This document shows, piece after piece, positions 1-13,327 of a DNA stretch of 64,000 nt. The notes under the pieces were generated by a model, which worked only from the letters and a program-made list of their open reading frames with translations, was not told the origin of the DNA and made no database searches. How positions within the stretch are numbered: the stretch's first letter is position 1; every line of letters starts with the position of its first letter. Origin of the DNA: Pelomyxa schiedti (Eukaryota; Protista; Evosea); assembly GCA_020536535.1 (NCBI GenBank), contig JAHLWZ010000150.1:7477-71476 (forward strand), given 5' to 3'. The position numbers were made by a program, and so were the translations under genes.

Positions 1-2090
1 TAGGGATGGGGAAGGGGGTGCAATGTCTAAGTTCGGGGAACTGGGCTGGTTTGTTACAAGTTGCCGCACTCTGTGAACATGTTTCTCCCGCTCAGTTTTA
101 GCCCAGGATTCTGCTTCTTCTTGCTGTTGGAAGAGTTGCTCTTCATCTTCAAAGTCTTGCCCAGCAAGGACAGGTTCCCTTGAGATCTTGGGAAAAAAGG
201 GAACGCACAGGGGTATTTCATAAGGAGTACCTGTTGCAACGTAGCTCTTTTTGTGAAGTGTGAGCATGAAGAGACGAAGTGTATAAAGCTTAATTCCTTT
301 GCTAAATCACACCCAGACAATACAAAGGCGTTTTCAACATCTTTTACATTCTGAAGGGTTTTTAGTTATAAGGAACTCCAGAATAATATCTACCAAGCAA
401 CAGTAAGAACTTATGCGCTGGATCGCCAAGGAAGTCTGTACTGGTGATAGAATTCCATCCCCATCAGAATCCCTGAATGAGTAAGATGTCAAACCAACAG
501 TTACATAAAGAGTAGTAGGCACTACAGGCTTATGAAGACATCCTTGATAAAGTTGAATTGTTGTGCATCAAAGCAGAGCCTTGACGTGGCTATGCATTGA
601 AGTGTACAAGTAATTTCCGCTTCTGTAGTGAAGGGAATAAGTTTATTCAGTGACCCATGAGTTAGAGCTGCAAAACAAAACATGAACCCAATGAAGTCTA
701 GATACTGAGGAAACTGTGAGACAAATTAAGGAACAGGTGACATACACCATATCCAAGCATTTTCGATAAGGTTGATAATTTGCTTTGTAAATTGGTATCA
801 AGGCGGGGAATCACTTTCGCCACTGCCTCAGGAAAGCTCTTCCTGGGGATTTGATTTTTGCCGGTTATATCCAAGAACTTTTTCTATTGGTACGGAAACA
901 CTATCAGATCCAAATGTGTAGCTAAGTGCGCAGATACTTTGATTCCAGAAATAATTTCATCAGGTAATGGGTCAGGTAAAAACTGGAACCACATTGCTTG
1001 CAATACGGCCTCATTGCTTTCAAGAAGTGAAGTCTCTTCTTCAGTAGATTGAAGCTGTTGAGGTTGCGGAGGTTGTGGGGAAAGTGTTGTATTTTCTATC
1101 TTCAAATAAGTCACAAAGGAATGAAATCAGGATAAAAACCGTAGAAAGGGATTGGCGATGGAGGGTTTACTGGTGACCGTGATCTGCCAGAAGATGCCAA
1201 GCAAAAAGCATACAGGATTGCAACAAACGGGATGCTACATATCCTCAGAAAGAAGAGAAATACAGTGGAGTAGAAAAGATTCTTTCTAACCTTCCGTTTT
1301 TGTCAACCCACAAGGTACGAGTGAAAAGGGAAATAACAGATTGTGAATTTGTTGGAGTGTGTTGAAACAGTGACTTTGCAAGCTCCGTTTCATCACTCTT
1401 TGGAATAGTGGAATCTATTTTGAGTCGGTTGGGGAGAGTGTTCTGTCTGTTCACTGCATACCAGCATGTGAAAATTGATCAAAAGTGTTAGATAGTGAGT
1501 ATGATTCCACTGAACTCAAACTACGTTGCTCATCAGGGGGTGTGTAGTTCACATCAGGCCTCATATATAATTTACTCAGATATTTATCTAGTGATTCATA
1601 AGCTCTCATAACGAGAGCTAGGCTGAATTTCCCTGAAAAGAGCCTTTATGAGAGTGGCAGCGGGTGTAGAGTTATGGGACAACACCTCTGGATCTGTGCC
1701 CAGAGTGTTTCGTGAGCAAGTTGGCGGCAACTTGCGTGTCAATGCATGGGTGATTACGTGCCAATGATTGTATTATACAAACGCCCTCTTCTTCTGTTAC
1801 CTTCCCATCATTGTCTTTTTGTTGTTTTGAATAAACACAACAAAAAAAGTGAGAATGACATAATCGACTGGCGTAGGTGCTTCACCTCTATCATACACCC
1901 GAAACACCGTGGGCAAGTTGTCTGCTGAACAGTACAGCATTCTCAACAAACTTCCAGTTCCGAGAACTTGATGTACTAGCAGAGTGATCAGGAGCAGATT
2001 CGAAATTGCGTTCAAAGCGACGAAGGTGCGGGGCAGATCTACGCAGTAATGAGGAAACGAGGCGGAGGGCGAAATAGCAAGCACTTGGAC
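1..2090 (-). CDS. Multi-exon EF-hand-containing protein, runs off the left edge of the window
   Basis: Exon fragments include FIKDVFISL / DSDGDGILSPVQTSLAIQRI (DxDxDG EF loop) and ELSFIHFVSSC, plus a coiled/acidic segment QDFEDEEQLFQQQEEAESWAK. Boundaries are approximate. Confidence 0.45.
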
Positions 2091-2331
2091 GACCAGATAC
2101 GGGCCGCTATGTTTCTAAATGTTCACTTTTGTTAAAACAAAACCAACTGGAAAAAATCCTCATATTGCTTTTGCTGTGCAGTTTGCTTTCCTTCTACCTC
2201 TGGTTTTTGGTGTATTGTTTGTATTTTGAAGTTACGTAAAAAAAAAATGACGGCTGGAATTCCAGGCGGATGACGAAGAGGACATTCGGCCTCAACCAAC
2301 TTGGAAGGCACGGCGCGGGCGACGACCTGCA

Positions 2332-5280
2332 GTGGCACAACCACCTTCTGCGGCTACAAACAAGAATCTTTCAGGAGTCAAATCGAAACCAACAGATGCA
2401 CCCAATTCGCGCAGTTCGCCCGATTCCAGAATCCCGCCGACAGATGCCATCCACAGTCCTGAGGCTATTCAGATGAAACTATTTCTTCTCAATAAGGACT
2501 TGGCTAAACTGAACGGGAGGAAGTCCTCTCCCACGTCACCACAGCAACTGCTGGAGACAGCTCAGCAGCGTCATTCGTTGCAACAAGAAAAACGACAAAT
2601 GCAAAGGACACTGAAACAAAATGGTGGGAAGAACACAGCCGCCCCTCAACCTGTTGGCAACTGTACTGCCCATTGTGCCCCAACCCCTCTTTCACAAAAT
2701 CGCCCCCAAAGGGGTGTCAGGGAACCAGAAGAGATTCATGCCCAAACCAATCTCGGAGCCACTTCACGACAGCCCCAACATCAAAGTCGCGGCAAGGTAG
2801 GCAGACCTGTTCGGAACTTGCCTCCACAAAAAGTAGCATCTGAGACAGAAGAAGATTCGGAGGCGGAGGAGGAAGAGGAAGTGGAAGATGAAGAGACCGA
2901 GGAAGATGAAGAAGTAGAGGATAATGAAACAGAAGAAGAAGAGGAGGAGGAAGAAGAAGAAAGTAATGAAGATGAGGATGAAGACGAGGATGAGGAGGCA
3001 TCGGAAGAGAGTGAGGATGAGGAGGAAAAAGAGGCTGGGGAAGACGATGAAGATGAAGAAAAAGCTGAGGATGAAGATGAAGATGAGGAAGAGGAGGCCA
3101 ACTCTAATGAAGAAGGAGAGGAAGACAATGACCAAGAAGATTCTGAGAAGACTGGAGTAAATCCGGCTGTAATAAAACGTCAGCAAGAACTTCGAATGCA
3201 GAAAGCACGTGCAAAGGCAGCAAAGGAACCAAGATGGAAGCACCCAGCCTTCATGCAATTAAGAGATATTGTGCCACAATCCGTTGTAGGGAAAAAATTT
3301 CACCCAATTTATCACGTCAGCAATGGTACCTGAGATTACCAAAATTACACCTCTAAGAAACAACAGGAAAGCGATATGTGGAACCCTATTGGAGCATTTC
3401 TGTTTGGTATACACCTTCCCCTCAACCTGCTGAAACGTTGATGACTTTTTTGATGAAGCACGGGCCGCAATATGCAAGCAAACTAGAAGAGATGGTACCC
3501 AAACACCTTTGACAACCACTTCATTAACAAGTTGTTAAGGCGTTCTGTTTGAAGAACGGGCTTGTCACAGTTCAAGGGAAAACAGCTGTTAATCCAGAAC
3601 TTATCGTAAAACAAAATCAGCAAATTTCATGCTTGTAAGACACCACCACGCTGATTTCAAAAAGTAAACTACAACAGCTATCACATGCATGAACCGCCAA
3701 CAACTGATCAACTACCTCACATAATTGGGGAAACAAAGGAGTTGCTTGCAATTTACAAACCGGCATCTCTTATTGTACGCTCCAGAAACCTCTTTTATAT
3801 TACCAGTTCTAAACCTGCCTTCACAGATGCACCCAATTGGCGCATGGCACTTCAACACATTTCTTGGAATTACCAACAATGTTTTGGGATACCCAAAAGC
3901 CACTCGTGTGTAACCTTAAAGGGAAAAAACCTGTGTACTTAGGTGTGTGCAGTACTTCACAGGTTGGATCGAGTTACGTCAGGAGTTTGTATAGTTGCCA
4001 AGGATCGTGACAGTTCCGCAATTACAAAACATCTGCGCCTGATAGCCGACCATAAGTTTCGCAAGTACTACCTTGCTCGGTGCAAAGGCCACTTCCTCTG
4101 GTATACCACTGTCCATTACCACAACCCAATGTCACTAAGAGACAAAACCCAGGCACAGCCTTAAAGTGAATAAGCCTTTGGTTATGCTCTCTGACTCAAA
4201 GGGAGCTGTTTCCCTCAAGGGGGGCAAGCCCGCAGTAACTAAGTTCAAGCGTCTAAAATATTGTCCCCACAGCGATACTACACTGCTAAAGTGCAGTCTT
4301 GAAACAGGGCGCACACATCAGATTAGGATTCATTTGTCATACCTTGGTTAATAATCCACCATTTCCTTGTAACTTAACCATGTGCAGGATTTCCCATTGC
4401 GAATGACACCACATATGGAGGAACTAGTAATTTTCTATATGAAGCTCACAGCAAAGGTGACATCGAGGACATTGATGATTATTTTTTGGAAGGTACCCTG
4501 CAAGGAAAAACCGCCGCAAAGGAAACAGTGCGTCGTGCCAGAACGGCATTTGAAGAGTGGCAAAGGAAATATCCAATTCAAGAAACCTCAAATGAAACCA
4601 GTGGTGAACCCATCCCTCGTCCAAATGCAGAAGCGACGGAACCAACATCGTCAGGTCCTGTAGTTGCAGAGACCTTGTCAACAAAAGCACAACCAGCAAC
4701 CAACACATCAATTAACACCAGCGAAACAACTCCAGCTTGCGCAACAGCAGTAACACCCGGAAATCACCCACCAGCCGAAAAACTATCAGCCGCCAACAAA
4801 TCAATTAACCCCAGTGAAACAACCCCAGCCTCCTCCACACCAGAAACAAGATCACCCGGGAATCTCCCATCTCAACAACAACAACAACCCAATGCAACTC
4901 CTGCCACTGCAGCTGCAGCAACAACAACAACAGCGGCAAAAACAGCCGGATCACCTCACACACTGCCCTCTGGGCCAGAGAATCACAACACCCGAGAGAA
5001 AAACCGCACAAAGAAACGGCGCCGTTTCAAGAAAGGCATAGATGGAGACCCACAGGGGGATTCACCGAATTCCAGCGTGCACGTGGCCAGGTTCAACTTC
5101 CTGCACGCGGACATTGACAAGCCGTCTGTGTGCTGTGGCCACGGCCTTGCAAGGCCATGGGAAGACGGGGACGACAACAACCACACATCGCAGGACCAGT
5201 ATATATTCCTGCTTGCATTCAAGTATGAATTGCCTGGCAAGTGGTCTTTCACAACACCAACCCTCCCCTACTGGGTTTGA
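2332..5280 (+). CDS. RluA-family pseudouridine synthase (RPUSD2/RIB2-like) with acidic N-terminal extension; multi-exon
   Basis: HMHEPP, AIYKPAS, catalytic LHRLDRVTSG, LETGRTHQIRIHL, FPIANDTTYG and terminal FLLAFKYELPGKWSFTTPTLPYW; S4-like KNGLVTVQGK segment. Start codon uncertain. Confidence 0.9.
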
Positions 5281-5412
5281 AGCCATTTTTCTCCCTTAAG
5301 TTTGGACAGGAACGAATGGGAGTCCGAGTTTTTTTTTTCTGTGTTTGTACGCGGTAACGAAATTTTGATCGTTCTCAAAAATCAGTTTCATCACAGCCAA
5401 TCAATTAACGGA

Positions 5413-8400
5413 ATGAGGGGACGCGAGGGCAGCCGAGACCACAGGGGCAACTACGTAGGCGCCCGCGCAGATCTAAGCACAGAGAGCGGATCTACGCAGT
5501 GGGGTGTGTCGCAATTACGGGCGGCGGTGTTGCGCAGGGGCACAAGGATCGGCGGTTTCCTGCGCGAATTTGACCGCACGGGATTGGGCCGCGTGACCAC
5601 CTCGCAGTTCGAACGAGCCGTCGCGTCCGCCGGCGCAGTGGTTCCTCCCGACGTGATTGCCGCCGTCGCGGCCGCGTTTCCTGCTCAGGGCTACGATGGA
5701 ATGGTGTCTTGGAGAGATGCTGCTGCTGCCATAGACGGAGGCATGTTAATGCTCATGTTTCCTATGAAATTGCGTTAATTTTATCTATGGAGTGAAATCT
5801 TTTCTTTTTTAATTGGAATATGCATTTATTTTTATGGCAGTACATGAGGGACGACCTCAAACTGGAGAAGAAAGACCAACGGAATTCAGTACTGCAAGAG
5901 CAAGACCACTCTCACCTCGAGGGGAGGAGGACTTACACAGGTGTGCCTTTTTTCTCCCTGGGAGATCCTAAATTTTTGAATCAGATTGCTTGCAAGAATA
6001 CAAGAAGTTGTCAAGTCTAAGAACATCTGCTTACAAAATTTATTCCAACCTTTTGATAAAATGAACACTGGGTAATTGATATACAACATATGTTTCCTGC
6101 TTATTTCCACAGGTTTGTCACACAGAAGCAATTTGAGTGTGCCATACCCTTTGTTAACTCGTTGGAGCAAAGGCAATTGCTGGTACGAAAGTTTGGGAAT
6201 CGTCAGACAGGAGATGTAGATTATGTGGCTTTTCATAAAATGTGCAGTGCCTTCGGCAAGTGGTTTTTTCTTGTTGTGGGACGTTTAATAATAACTGTTG
6301 TTGATATCAGACACCGCGGAAGCACTTCGCAGTCGGCCCCCAAGTGCGCCCAAGCAAGAGCTTACACTTGATGACATTCTATCCAAAATAGCTGCTGGTG
6401 TGAGAGCTCGTGGTCTTAGGCTGAAATCCTTCTTTGCTGATTATGATAGAGTTCGAAATGGTTTTCCACTCACAATAAGACAATTGGATATAGTAACTTA
6501 CTTGCAAATTCATTAACATCCTTACAGGCTGGATACCTGAAAGTAAGTTTTTGTCAGGCTTGTCAATCAGCCTTGTTGCCCCTTGGGCAACACAAACCGA
6601 TATGGAGAAGATAGTTCGCAGTTTTGGATCTGATGGACAAGTGAACTATATAGCTTTTTGCAGCAAAGTGGAAGATGGTAAGTACCGAGTAGTCAAGTCT
6701 CTTTCTTAAAAAGTACAGATGGCGATAGTTCTTTTCGTGCAGTTGAACCTGCTGAACCTGTACAGCTGCACTCTCCTCCTGGCACGCCTAAAGAGGATAG
6801 CCACAGAGGCTACTCATCACAAGTAGAATCCTTAAAGTTATAGTTTCAGAACACTCAATCCTTTCCCTTTTTTTTTTTTTTTTATTAAATAAGGACAAGC
6901 CAAACCCGCAGAAAATTATTTCGCGGGTTCAAACTATTATTGCCAGCAGAGGAATTAATCTGTGGACCTGCTTTTCTGACTTTGATCGCCAAAGTACGGG
7001 GAGGATAAGCCCGCCTCTTTTTAGGTATAACCTCTTACATATGTTAGACAGTATGAAGGCGTGTAATGCGCTTCCTCGTTAACTGCATTTCCCAGGCGTG
7101 CATTGTGTTCAGTCGGAATAGAGTTGAGTGAAATGGAATTTCAGCTACTCACTGACCAGTACTATATCGAAACGCACAATTCCGTTAATTATGTCTCTTT
7201 TATCCGTGATACCTATCCTACTGGTTTTTTCTTCAGGTCTTGATACTTAATCTAAGCCCTCCACAGAAAGATCTTCGAGCAGAAGTCGAACACCTGCCAC
7301 TTTTGTACAGCCGAACTCAGCGCGACCCTCCCCAATTAAAGAGAGACCCGATGTCCCAATAAGCAGCTGTCTAACTCCTAGTCGTGCAAGAGAGGCTTCA
7401 AGGGTTGCTATGGCGAGCCCGGGTAGGGCATATTCACCGAGTTCAAGTCGCACAACCAATAGCATAACCATCACAACATCACCCATTGCAACTACTTCAC
7501 CAAGATCCGTAACTCTTTTGGATGTACTTGCCAGAATATCTGCCTTCTGCAACTCGCGTAGCATAAACCTTCGCGATTTATTCAAGGATTTCGACACAAG
7601 GAGGACAGGTGCCGTCAGTAGGGACCATGTAAGTTTCAGCTTCCTGAAGAAAGCCTTACTTGCTGTAGTTTTCTCGTTCCCTCAGTCAACTCTCATTGAA
7701 TCTGAATGGCAGGGAACTTGAATTAATTGCCAAGGAATTCGAGTCCAACAAAACACCAGGGTACATCAATTATAACTTGTTTGTATCCGCCTTATATCCG
7801 GCCGTTCAAGGTACACCTCAAATTTGGTTGTTGGTCTCACATATACTTAGATACTAGCACAACACGCTCCCTGTCATCTACTGGGATAAGATCCGAGGGT
7901 ACACCAGCGGTACAGAGAACTCTTCCCCCTTCTGGAGATAATGGTATTTACAGTACATTTACCCTACACATTTATCATTAAACTCAGTTGATAAGCTTCT
8001 TCAACATCTGCGGCAGTGGAGCGACTCCCAGGGCCTCCTTATCACCCCTTTTTTCAAGGCACTCATTTCACGTTTGTTCTCTTTTTAAAACGACATGGAT
8101 TGTATTGTTGTTGTCTTGAAACTAAATTCTAAAAACCACGTAAGTATTATCCTTAATTTCCACAGATTTTTGACCAACACAATCGAGAATGTATCACTAG
8201 AGAGCAATTTTCCCACGCTTTCGAATCTATGGGCAGCAGCCTGTCTATGGCTCAGGTAGGATCGTGATGCATTCAGTGGTGGTTTTAATTCTTACCTGAA
8301 AAAGGTTGCCCTTCTCTCCTCTGAGTATATGCTACCAGATGGTCGTGTTGACTACATATCTTTCCTGAAAGACATAGAAAGTTACAGCCCAAATACTGGA

Positions 8401-9210
8401 CCACCAGTGAGCTCACGCAGTCTCAGTCGCTCTGCAGGCCCCAAAATACTAACGATCGATAATTTGTTAGCCAAACTTCAACAGCGAGTAATAAGTCACT
8501 CTATCAACACCCAAGACTTTTTCAAAGAGTTTGATCCTTTGAGTATGGTCATCTATCTCACTTTCAGGCTTGTATCATAATTACAACTTTGTCAACTAGG
8601 GAGAGGCATCATACCACAAACCAAATTTCGGGCTGTCCTTCAGTTATGCGGGTTCAATTTAACGGAGGAAGAGCTCTATGTTATAGAATCTCATTTCAAA
8701 ATCGACGAAGTCTCCCCCATACCAACTATTGATTACCACAGCTTCTGTGCTAGCATAACCCCGAGTATCTCCAATAGCAATTTTCCAAATCTCTTTACAA
8801 ATTTACCCAACAAGGTTTTCCTGAAAGAAATGAACAACCAGAAGATACTAACTGTGTGGAAAGCAGGCTTTCACAGCGCGAAGAAGACCAAGTTCGGGGT
8901 ATCCTTACTGACTTGAAGAACTTTGTGAGACTGAACAGGATCAACTTGTTGCCCACTTTACAAGATTTTGATATGTGCGCCTCTTACCCTCCTCTCATTG
9001 GAACCTTTCAAAAAGTACTCACCACACAGCAGAAAACAAGAAGGAACCGTGACACGGGCGCAACTCCTCTCTGGCTTCCGGATTCTCAGATTATCATGCA
9101 TTACACAACAAGACATAGAGCTTCTGGCTCGCAAGTTCGCCCACAAATATCGCCCAGAGTTGGTTTGCTACCGAGCACTCATCAATGCACTCCAACCCAA
9201 AGCACCCTGA
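5413..9210 (+). CDS. Tandem EF-hand-pair repeat protein (~8-9 repeats), multi-exon
   Basis: Recurring unit: FLREFDRTGLGRVTTSQF, FFADYDRVRNG, CFSDFDRQSTGRIS, LFKDFDTRRTGAVS, FFQDFDQHNRECIT, FFKEFDPLRRGII, LQDFD..QEGTVT; units typically end in VNY/VDY..F. Confidence 0.8.
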
Positions 9211-9352
9211 TCTCATTCACCACTTTTGGCTTTGTAGTAATTCGTTCGTTCATTCGCCTCATTTGATGATCATCTCACTATTAGCAGAACTGAAGTAGGG
9301 GCAATAAGAGAAGGAAAAACAGAAGCGGAGTTGGTTGTGTGTCAAGGCGGCA

Positions 9353-11974
9353 ATGTCGACGTCGTGTGGTGAAGTGACAGTGGACAGGGATTTTCTCATA
9401 CAAGTGCCGGCAGGACCACCGGAGATAGACCCCGACGAAATCGAGGTTGAGTAGTGGCGTGCATTGCCATTGCTTGTTTAGCTATGCCATTGACGATATA
9501 CTACAGTACTTGGATAAGGTCGGGGAGGGGTGTTTTGGGAGTGTGTGGCTTGGGAGGTGCAGGAGACAGTTGGTGGCGGTAAAGGTACTGAGTGGCCACG
9601 CGGACCAAAATGCTAAAGCGTCATTTCTCGCTGAAGTCAAGATAATGAGGCACAGTTTCTTTATCCTTTGGGGTGTTATTTCTTACAATGTGGCAAATGA
9701 AGTAAGGTCACCAATGCAAATGTATGCCTGTTCTTTGGGAGTTCAACTGGGCCCGACGGAGAACTTGCTTTAGTTATGGAATATCTTCCAAAGGGAGACC
9801 TCGAGTCTTTACTGTCATCCAAGTACTTTCGTACTACCATAATGTGGTAGTGGTGATAATGTGCAGAGAGGAACTGCCTTTGTTACTCAGGTTGAGAATG
9901 GCATGTGACGCTGCACGTGGTTTGGTTTGGCTACACAAATCGAACCCCTTGATCCTCCACAGGGACTTGAAAACTAGCAACCTTCTTGTAAATGACCAAT
10001 ACCGAGTAAAGCTATGTGGTACGTACCGTTCTCTCATTCATTCATGCAAGTAAGTCGCAATCAAGACTTCGGGCTTGCTGCACTCTGTCCTAGAGGAAAA
10101 GCCCTGAAATCTGGGGAAGCTATTGGCACGCCTGTCTACATAGGTATCACGGAGTGGTTCAACCTTTACAACAGTGACATTACTCAGCCCCTGAAGTACT
10201 TGTTGGTGAACAGTACTCCAGCAAGTCGGACGTATACTCATTTGGAATATGCCTGTAATGTGACTTCCCCTATCCCTTCCACACTCCTGCCTCAGAGAAG
10301 AAATAATCAAGCTTACATATCATTTAGATGGGAAATATACACTAGAGAGGAACCTTTTCCTGAGACACAGACTTTCAATGGTTGACTCCGACATAGATCT
10401 CAATTCTGGCAATTCTAATCAGTTCCTCTTTAAAGATGTTGCTCGCGCTGTTGTTGTAAATAAAGAAAGGCCTCCAATTTATGCTGATTGTCCTGCTGAG
10501 CTGGCTCAATTAATGAAAAGTTGCTGGCATGAAGTAGGGATCATTAGTAGTTACAATCAACTCAATTGCACCTAGAACCCTGCTGATCGGCCCAATATTT
10601 CGGACGTGTTAGACCAGTATGTAGTTACCATAAGATATTTATTTGACACTTTGCAGATTAGAAAGAATTTCAGTGGAACTTGCCATTGCTGACGACTGGG
10701 GAAGATACTTTTGGATAAGGTATTACAATACTATAAATGTTAGTTTTAAAACACATGTAGCTTCTTCCCAGGAGAGGTTTGTAAACGACTCTGTGTCTGT
10801 ACTTGTCCATTTCTCTTATGGCAATTAGACGTCAGTATATTGGGGCGAATTTTGGAAATTCTTCTTGGAACAGTATCCTGGCAAAAACTCTGTGACACCA
10901 CAAATTAAGGAATGCCTGCGACTGATATTATGTATGGTATCCCATGTATCTCAGTTTTTTAATCTTTCTAGGCGACCCCAAAGATAAAAATCTTGTGAGC
11001 ATTAGCAATTTTGACAGGCTCTTCCGGTTGTTTGGCAGTGGTTGGGATGACGTCTCCGGGAAAGTTGTCACTACTGTATGCACAATAACTCACTTTGAAA
11101 CATCTAAACTGTAGAAAGGTGCATAGCCTGTGCTCTCAACTCTATTTCCATGGGGAACTCACCAGTGCTGAGGCGTATGATAAATTGATCCCTCTATCCC
11201 AAGGCCATTTCCTTGTGCGCTTCAGGTTGGTATTGTCTTTCATGTCCTTCATTCGTTTAACAACAAAAAAAGCACAGAGGTTGGCTTTTTCACCATTTCC
11301 CGGCGAGATGTTGACTCTGTTGACCACCATAGGTTTTACTACTCCTTTGTTCCTTGCAGTGCTTAGTTCTTCCTTGTCAGAGTCCAACACATGCCAGATG
11401 GAAAATTACTGTTGGAGGGCCTTACATTCGAGAACATGTCCGAACTGGTAGTGTCTTGTCTTCCTTTGTAGCTGGTACTTATCATACTCAACAGATTAGT
11501 TCCTTCAGCTGTGTTCTGACTAACCCATGTCAATGTTCCACTTTTGAAAACATTTTCGTTCAGCCTAGCCCAACAGAAACCCCGATAAGGCGTGCTCGGT
11601 GGAATTCGAGCAGTGGAATCAAGAAACTATCTGATGTGGCAGCAGCCAGAACTGCCCAAATGAAAGCCAAAACTGAACTCACCATATGCACGAAAGCAAC
11701 ACCTCCCACGTCTACAGCGCACAGTCCGGCACTGCTCGTGCCACCCCCTTCCCCAACAGGTTATTTCTCTTCTCGTACCCGTGCATCGGGCGCTCACCAC
11801 CGCGCAGAGCGAAGAGCGTCACCACGCAGATCTCTTGTTGAGCTATCTCGATCTCTCTCACCGTGTCCCCCCTCGCAACGGCCCTCTGTGCAACCACCCT
11901 CCACTCTCCAACTAGGAACAGTAAACCCTCCCATACCACCGCTCCTACCAGAACCGTCCACAGGCGGTCTCTGA
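9353..11974 (+). CDS. TKL protein kinase with C-terminal SH2 domain and Pro/Ser-rich tail (Dictyostelium SHK-type architecture)
   Basis: VGEGCFGSVW, VAVK, HRDLKTSNLL, DFGLA, GTPVYI, PEVL, DVYSFG, KERPPI; then YFHGELTSAEAYDKL..GHFLVRF..FFTIS (SH2). Confidence 0.85.
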
Positions 11975-12183
11975 TTTTTTTAGAAATAATGATAAAAAAT
12001 ACTAACATCCGAGTATCTTTGGATCTCGTTCCCCTTAAATTTCATTACCCTTGTTTCGTCGAATGATCGACCGGGGATTGCTGTCAAAGACGCAGGGGAG
12101 TGGTGCATAGAAAAGCGGGAGGCAGAAAGTTATGTAGAAGTCGTCACAAGTGAAAATAAAATAAAATCAAGCAAGAAGGAGGG

Positions 12184-13127
12184 ATGAGCTGCGTTTTGTT
12201 GTGCGACGATGGACAGCAGTACAGCGTAACTATCTCACCAAAGGGGAAAGGAGTCGGTACTATTCAGGCAACGGGAATGACGTCGTGCGAGATCTACCAG
12301 GGAGACTTCCATACTGGCGACTTACCTCCTAAAGCCATGATCTCACTAATAAGCTCTGGAATCTTATTAACGTGGTACGTCCACAATTTACCTCTTTTTT
12401 TTATTTCTAACTGATGCAAAAAAAAAGTCGTTCTGAAGATCCAGCATTGACCAAAGTCGATCCTATCCGTGTCTCTCAGGTCCAATTGTTCCCGGAATTG
12501 AACACCCTTCTTCATCCTTCAACTTCGAAGAGAGATTTCTGCACTGCAACCCCGAGTCCAGGGTATACTGCCACACGGAATTGTGATACTCCGCTCTTAT
12601 TGAGGCTTGAGTTCCACGGCTCATCAGTAAATCTCACAAGGATTAACCAAACCCCCTTGGAGCAAAGGTTGATGCTCCATGAAAGGGTACTTACAGCTAT
12701 CGAATCACGTTCCCGGGCTTCAGCAAATGAGCTGGAACACAAGATAGAGGCTCTTCGGAAAGAAGTGGAAAGCATTACATTACGCCAAGTGCCTGTTGTA
12801 ACACCATGGCAAAGTTTCTCTACTGGCACCATTCTGCAAGTTGAACTCGCCACCCTTGGAATTACTTCAATGGATCACTATGTTTGCGAGTACCGCTTTG
12901 GCTCCGACTCTAAGGTGTTCACCCTCACTACTGACACTTGTTCTCAGGCCAGGGGTGCTTGGTTTTGTGCCGGAACATTCTGTGATGGAGCCAGAGTGGG
13001 GCTAGTTGTATGTGAGAATCACCCCATCATTGGTATAGGGCTATGGTTACCCTCAGGCACACCTCCTCACTACTGCACAAGGGAAACTTGGGAGATACGA
13101 TTCAAAGTATGGGGAAGGAGGTCCTGA
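12184..13127 (+). CDS. Hypothetical protein (short coiled coil plus beta-rich C-terminal domain)
   Basis: Two long ORF blocks (12184-12414, 12414-13127) joined by a likely intron; heptad LEHKIEALRKEVES; no family recognised. Confidence 0.55.
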
Positions 13128-13327
13128 TGCATTGACCTGAACTCAGTGTCCGTCTCCAGAATTCAAGATAGAAATATCCACCTCTAGTACCTATTTGTGA
13201 AATAGATCAACATAAGACCATCGGCTCAATTGCACCGAAAAAAAAAGCGAAAAAGAAAAAAAAATCAAAAGGAAGAAGTTTCATTACTATCAAATAAATC
13301 GTTCCCCAGCACACCGTATCGACACAC

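Noticed and set aside
2717-3258. Antisense poly-Ser and Phe/Leu-rich 'membrane' ORFs
   Set aside because: Mirror images of the Glu/Asp tract of the pseudouridine synthase.
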